Virus record (IMG/VR): IMGVR_UViG_3300032242_002123
Location: 6,783-70,782 of that record
Length of the DNA: 64,000 bases
From: a virus
Direction: 5' to 3' (one strand)
Part shown: piece by piece, positions 60,656-64,000 of the stretch
Layout: each line of letters starts with the position of its first letter
Numbering within the stretch: the stretch's first letter is position 1
The notes under the pieces: generated by a model
Databases searched by the model: none
What the model was told of the DNA's origin: nothing
Seen by the model: the letters and a program-made list of their open reading frames with translations, nothing else
Made by a program: the position numbers and the translations under genes

Positions 60656-61543
60656 TTATTCAAACATTTTATTTAAAATTTTGATTATATTTAAAGACAT
60701 TTTTTCTAATTTAAAGTATTCAGGGTATATTTTCTTAGTATAATGTATCATATCTTGGTATTTTTCTTCCGATATAGATTTTAAAATTTGATCTATATTA
60801 GAAATATCGTTATATTCTACCAATATAACTAATTTTTCCCAATTCAATTCATCTGTGAATGGTAAGAAGGGTGTTTTGTAATAAATGTAAACAGGAATCG
60901 AATTTAACTGCATTGCTTCATACATTCTAAAACTAGTTGCACCATATCCTCTAGGAGCTAAACAAAATTTACTTCTACTTGTAAGTTCTAAAAACAAATT
61001 TTTCCTTTCTTCTTTAATTTCTGGTGACCAATGTTTAGGCTTTAATACATAATCAGAATTATCAACTAAAGCATGAAGCATTTTCATCCTAGTTTGATAA
61101 CCTATGGCGGCATTTCCCGGTATATTTTGATTTACACTTCCCACAAAACTACAAAATATATCTTTACTTGTATTTTTTATATTTTTTATCGGAGAACATA
61201 TTATAGGTATTGGAATTGTATTTGGTTGATTGCCCCCAGCTGAAAAATTAATAATATTTGGTGGTAATTTGTGAGCAGGTGCATCATCATGTTGTGAAAC
61301 GGTAAAGTATTTTTTATTAGGATCAAGATTATTTAAATCATTCTGTAAACTAGCATATAAATCAGATCTATGATTATAGATATAAGTCCATTTAATAGGT
61401 AAAAAATTCCACCCAGTGGAATCTATTTCTTTTTTATTATTAAAATAATAATTTATAAAAAATGATTCTAAATCATCACCTTCATGGTATGGAGGATAAG
61501 GTGGATTTATTAAATCTAAACTATAATATTTTTCATCTATCAT
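60656..61543 (-). CDS. exostosin family (GT47) glycosyltransferase
   Basis: KDIFCSFVGS, SKFCLAPRGYGATSFRMYEAMQLNSIPVYI...LPF. Confidence 0.82.
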   Translation of the reverse strand: MIDEKYYSLDLINPPYPPYHEGDDLESFFINYYFNNKKEIDSTGWNFLPIKWTYIYNHRSDLYASLQNDLNNLDPNKKYFTVSQHDDAPAHKLPPNIINFSAGGNQPNTIPIPIICSPIKNIKNTSKDIFCSFVGSVNQNIPGNAAIGYQTRMKMLHALVDNSDYVLKPKHWSPEIKEERKNLFLELTSRSKFCLAPRGYGATSFRMYEAMQLNSIPVYIYYKTPFLPFTDELNWEKLVILVEYNDISNIDQILKSISEEKYQDMIHYTKKIYPEYFKLEKMSLNIIKILNKMFE

Positions 61544-62184
61544 TTTATATTAAATTTTTTTAACACTATTGATATAATTTTTTTCTTTTTCTCCACTCCA
61601 ACTGCAAAATTTGCATGTAATAATATCATATCATTAGGAATTAAAAAATCATTTTCGTTATCATAAATCTTACCAGTAAATCCATAATTGTAAAACTTAT
61701 GTGAAAATAATTTATATTTTAAACCATGATTTGTATTCTTTAAAAGAAAATTAACACAAGCTTGATCTTGCTCGTGGTTATGCATTTCATCTCTAACTTT
61801 TATAAAAAGATTTTTTGTTTTTTCTGAAACTTTACAAGCAAAAAATCCCATACAAGGAGTATTCCAATCATTTTGAAAAATTATATCACAATCTCCCATT
61901 TCTTGTATTAAAGTTTCTTTGTATGGTTTAATAAAAATTAAATCTGCATCGGAATGTATAAAAACACTACCATCTTCTAATTCGTTAAAAGCCTCTATTA
62001 TATATTCTACTTTTCTTTTCATTGTATCGTTCCATCCCTCGGATACATAATCACCAGAAGAACACTCTTGAGGCATATATCTTATGCAAAGATCTATATC
62101 TTTATCAAAATGAAAAGTATTTAAAAAATACTTTAAAAAAATACGATGACTATCAGTAAAAAACGTATAGTGTTTAATCTTCAT
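61540..62184 (-). CDS. nucleotide-diphospho-sugar transferase (GT77-like)
   Basis: KVEYI, HSDADLIF, DIIFQ, CMGFF, DQ..VN, LHANF..G...K. Confidence 0.78.
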   Translation of the reverse strand: MKIKHYTFFTDSHRIFLKYFLNTFHFDKDIDLCIRYMPQECSSGDYVSEGWNDTMKRKVEYIIEAFNELEDGSVFIHSDADLIFIKPYKETLIQEMGDCDIIFQNDWNTPCMGFFACKVSEKTKNLFIKVRDEMHNHEQDQACVNFLLKNTNHGLKYKLFSHKFYNYGFTGKIYDNENDFLIPNDMILLHANFAVGVEKKKKIISIVLKKFNIK

Positions 62185-62974
62185 ACATAAATTTTCCAAA
62201 ATGTTCTTTTTCTATTTGTTTTTCATTTGGAAATAATGTAAACATATTATATCCATTTGCTCTTTTGGTTAAAATGTTATGATAATACCAACCCCAAGGT
62301 TCTGTTAATTTTTTATCTTCACTATCATAAAGATTTCTATTGTATGTATTTTCGGGTGACGGATAACCACTACCCCATCCATGATGTATATGTGCTATTT
62401 GAATTGGATAATCATTTACTATTGGATCATTCTGTCCATGTTGCTTTAATATACAAGTTAAAGCAGTATCATATAAAATAGAACCAATTAAATAATCTTT
62501 TATTACATGTCTTTTTTTAATATACCAGTCTTTTTTCATTACAAATGTATCTTGACCTGCAATTTCATATCTAAATTGAATCATTTTATCTTGAAGATTA
62601 TTTATTGGTTCTATATCCATACGAGAACAAGCGTATCCAGTATAATCACCATTTAAAATATATTCTATAAATTTGTGACTAAACAATACATCGCTATTTG
62701 TATAAACCATATAGTCGCAATCAGTTTCAGCAAGACCATCAAGTATATCTTTAACACATGGTGTTGATTTTTTACCACCTTCAACAAAATCTCTACTATC
62801 TCTAGTTAAAAGTTTTGTTTTATGTAAAGAAGATGTATTTTCTTCTGCTTTTCTTTGAAAAGCATATAAATTAACAATATCAGGATATTTATTCTTTAAA
62901 CGATATTGAGTTTGTAATCCAAGTGATTGTTTTAAATCATTTCCAAATATATTTGTACCTATGTTTATCTTCAT
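62174..62974 (-). CDS. putative glycosyltransferase
   Basis: P.VKDIL, YTNSDV, SRMD, GQDTFV, IG...YD, HIHH, in the GT cluster. Confidence 0.6.
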   Translation of the reverse strand: MKINIGTNIFGNDLKQSLGLQTQYRLKNKYPDIVNLYAFQRKAEENTSSLHKTKLLTRDSRDFVEGGKKSTPCVKDILDGLAETDCDYMVYTNSDVLFSHKFIEYILNGDYTGYACSRMDIEPINNLQDKMIQFRYEIAGQDTFVMKKDWYIKKRHVIKDYLIGSILYDTALTCILKQHGQNDPIVNDYPIQIAHIHHGWGSGYPSPENTYNRNLYDSEDKKLTEPWGWYYHNILTKRANGYNMFTLFPNEKQIEKEHFGKFMYED

Positions 62975-63561
62975 ACTGCAATAATACCTATTCCTTTTTC
63001 TTTATTAGGATGCATTCTAAGCTCATGATGTTTATATTCTACTCTTAGTTCATCCCAAAGTTTACTAACACCACCTTCTTCTGCATATCCAATATCATGT
63101 AAAACAATAAGACCTCCTTTTCTGACATAAGGAGAATATAATTGAAAATCTCTCTTTACTGCATCGTACATGTGATTACCATCTATAAAAACGAAATCAA
63201 AAAATACATTATCTATAAGTTTATGAACTTCTTTTGCTACAGATTCTTTTTGTGAAAAATCTTGAATCAAATAAAGTTTGTCATTGTTTATCTTTGTCCA
63301 AGATTTCCATTCATTTGCTATTGCATCTTCTTGGATTTTACATCTTGGGTCATCTGGTCCGCAAAATTCACTAATAGGTAAATCTATACTGATAACTTTT
63401 GCATTTTTTGCACTATAATGTAACCAATGATGTAAAGAAGCACCATAGTAAGAACCTATTTCAAGTATACTTTTAGCTTTTAACGCTATATAAAAATCTA
63501 AAAGGATTTCAAACTCAGGAATATACTGTGTTTCATTAATTCTATCATCTATTATTTTCAT
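62971..63561 (-). CDS. class I SAM methyltransferase (Methyltransf_24-like)
   Basis: ILEIGSYYGAS, SIDL, FDFVFIDGNHMYDAVKRDF, GGLIVLHD. Confidence 0.85.
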   Translation of the reverse strand: MKIIDDRINETQYIPEFEILLDFYIALKAKSILEIGSYYGASLHHWLHYSAKNAKVISIDLPISEFCGPDDPRCKIQEDAIANEWKSWTKINNDKLYLIQDFSQKESVAKEVHKLIDNVFFDFVFIDGNHMYDAVKRDFQLYSPYVRKGGLIVLHDIGYAEEGGVSKLWDELRVEYKHHELRMHPNKEKGIGIIAV

Positions 63562-64000
63562 ATATTTTTTTAAGTAAAGGTTTTATTACATGAGGGTCTA
63601 CACTAGCTATCATAGATGGAACAGTTTGATGTTTTTTGTAAAAAATTTGAAGTCCATCTTGAACTCTCTTCATAAATTCCTCTTCATTTTTAGCTAAAGA
63701 AGTATTTGCCTTTTCACCTTCTTGTTCTTTGATATAGTTCTCACTACCAGTAATGTCCGCAAACCACCAGAATGGGGTATAATCTCCGTTTTTAATAATT
63801 CTAAGGGTATGCTCCACATGTTCCCATGCATTATAAAAATCTTCATCCATTAAACCAACTTTATTAAGGGTTGATGTATGGTAATATGTAAACATAGCTA
63901 CTATATGCTCATAAAGCGATACACTAACTCCATTTTTATAATTGATAATCATTCTAGGATTAGGTTCACCTTTCTGTGAAGCTTCACCTCTTCTGGATAA
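63545..64000 (-). CDS. glycosyltransferase family 2-like protein (5'-truncated)
   Basis: Frame open to the window edge, KVGLMDEDFYNAWEHVEHTLR. Confidence 0.65.
   Translation of the reverse strand, partial: LSRRGEASQKGEPNPRMIINYKNGVSVSLYEHIVAMFTYYHTSTLNKVGLMDEDFYNAWEHVEHTLRIIKNGDYTPFWWFADITGSENYIKEQEGEKANTSLAKNEEEFMKRVQDGLQIFYKKHQTVPSMIASVDPHVIKPLLKKIYENNR

Noticed and set aside
1-64000. Stop-codon reassignment
   Set aside because: Conserved genes are full length in the standard code, TAA, TGA and TAG all end genes, and no suppressor tRNA was seen.
60656-64000. Eukaryotic giant virus origin suggested by GT47/GT77 and PolB
   Set aside because: The T4-like sheath, tube, baseplate, TerL, gp32/41/46, the tmRNA and the sigma70 promoters identify a bacteriophage.

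Overview
This AT-rich 64 kb window comes from a large T4-like (Tevenvirinae-related) myovirus and reads in the standard genetic code. Left to right: (i) a virion-surface/fibre region with Cys-rich, Gly-rich, GGxxN-repeat and Pro/Thr-linker proteins plus a sedolisin (S53) protease; (ii) purA and an RNA cluster (tRNA-Gln, an HNH endonuclease, tRNA-Tyr, tRNA-Val, a phage tmRNA with a 34-residue tag, tRNA-Ala); (iii) nucleotide-metabolism and accessory genes (dCMP deaminase, class I RNR with class Id hallmarks, AAA ATPase, PD-(D/E)XK nuclease, PhoH); (iv) a neck/tail/baseplate module (gp14, sheath, tube, hub, tape measure, gp53, TerL, gp3-like, split gp5); (v) a minus-strand replication module (clamp, gp32, gp41, UvsX, gp43, gp46); (vi) the start of a glycosyl/methyltransferase cluster. 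The most interesting signals read from the DNA: an HExxH gene whose stop codon lies inside tRNA-Val just upstream of the tmRNA (a possible programmed non-stop mRNA/tmRNA circuit); many promoters, both sigma70-like and TAA(A/G)TA late-type, sitting 5-13 nt from start codons with no Shine-Dalgarno; avoidance of CCWGG in all 32 Pro-Gly codon pairs checked; a gp5 OB-fold split by peptidoglycan-hydrolase domains; and two structured leaders sharing a GATAAA(A)CGATT motif. All calls come from motif recognition by eye. No database searches or computations were run.
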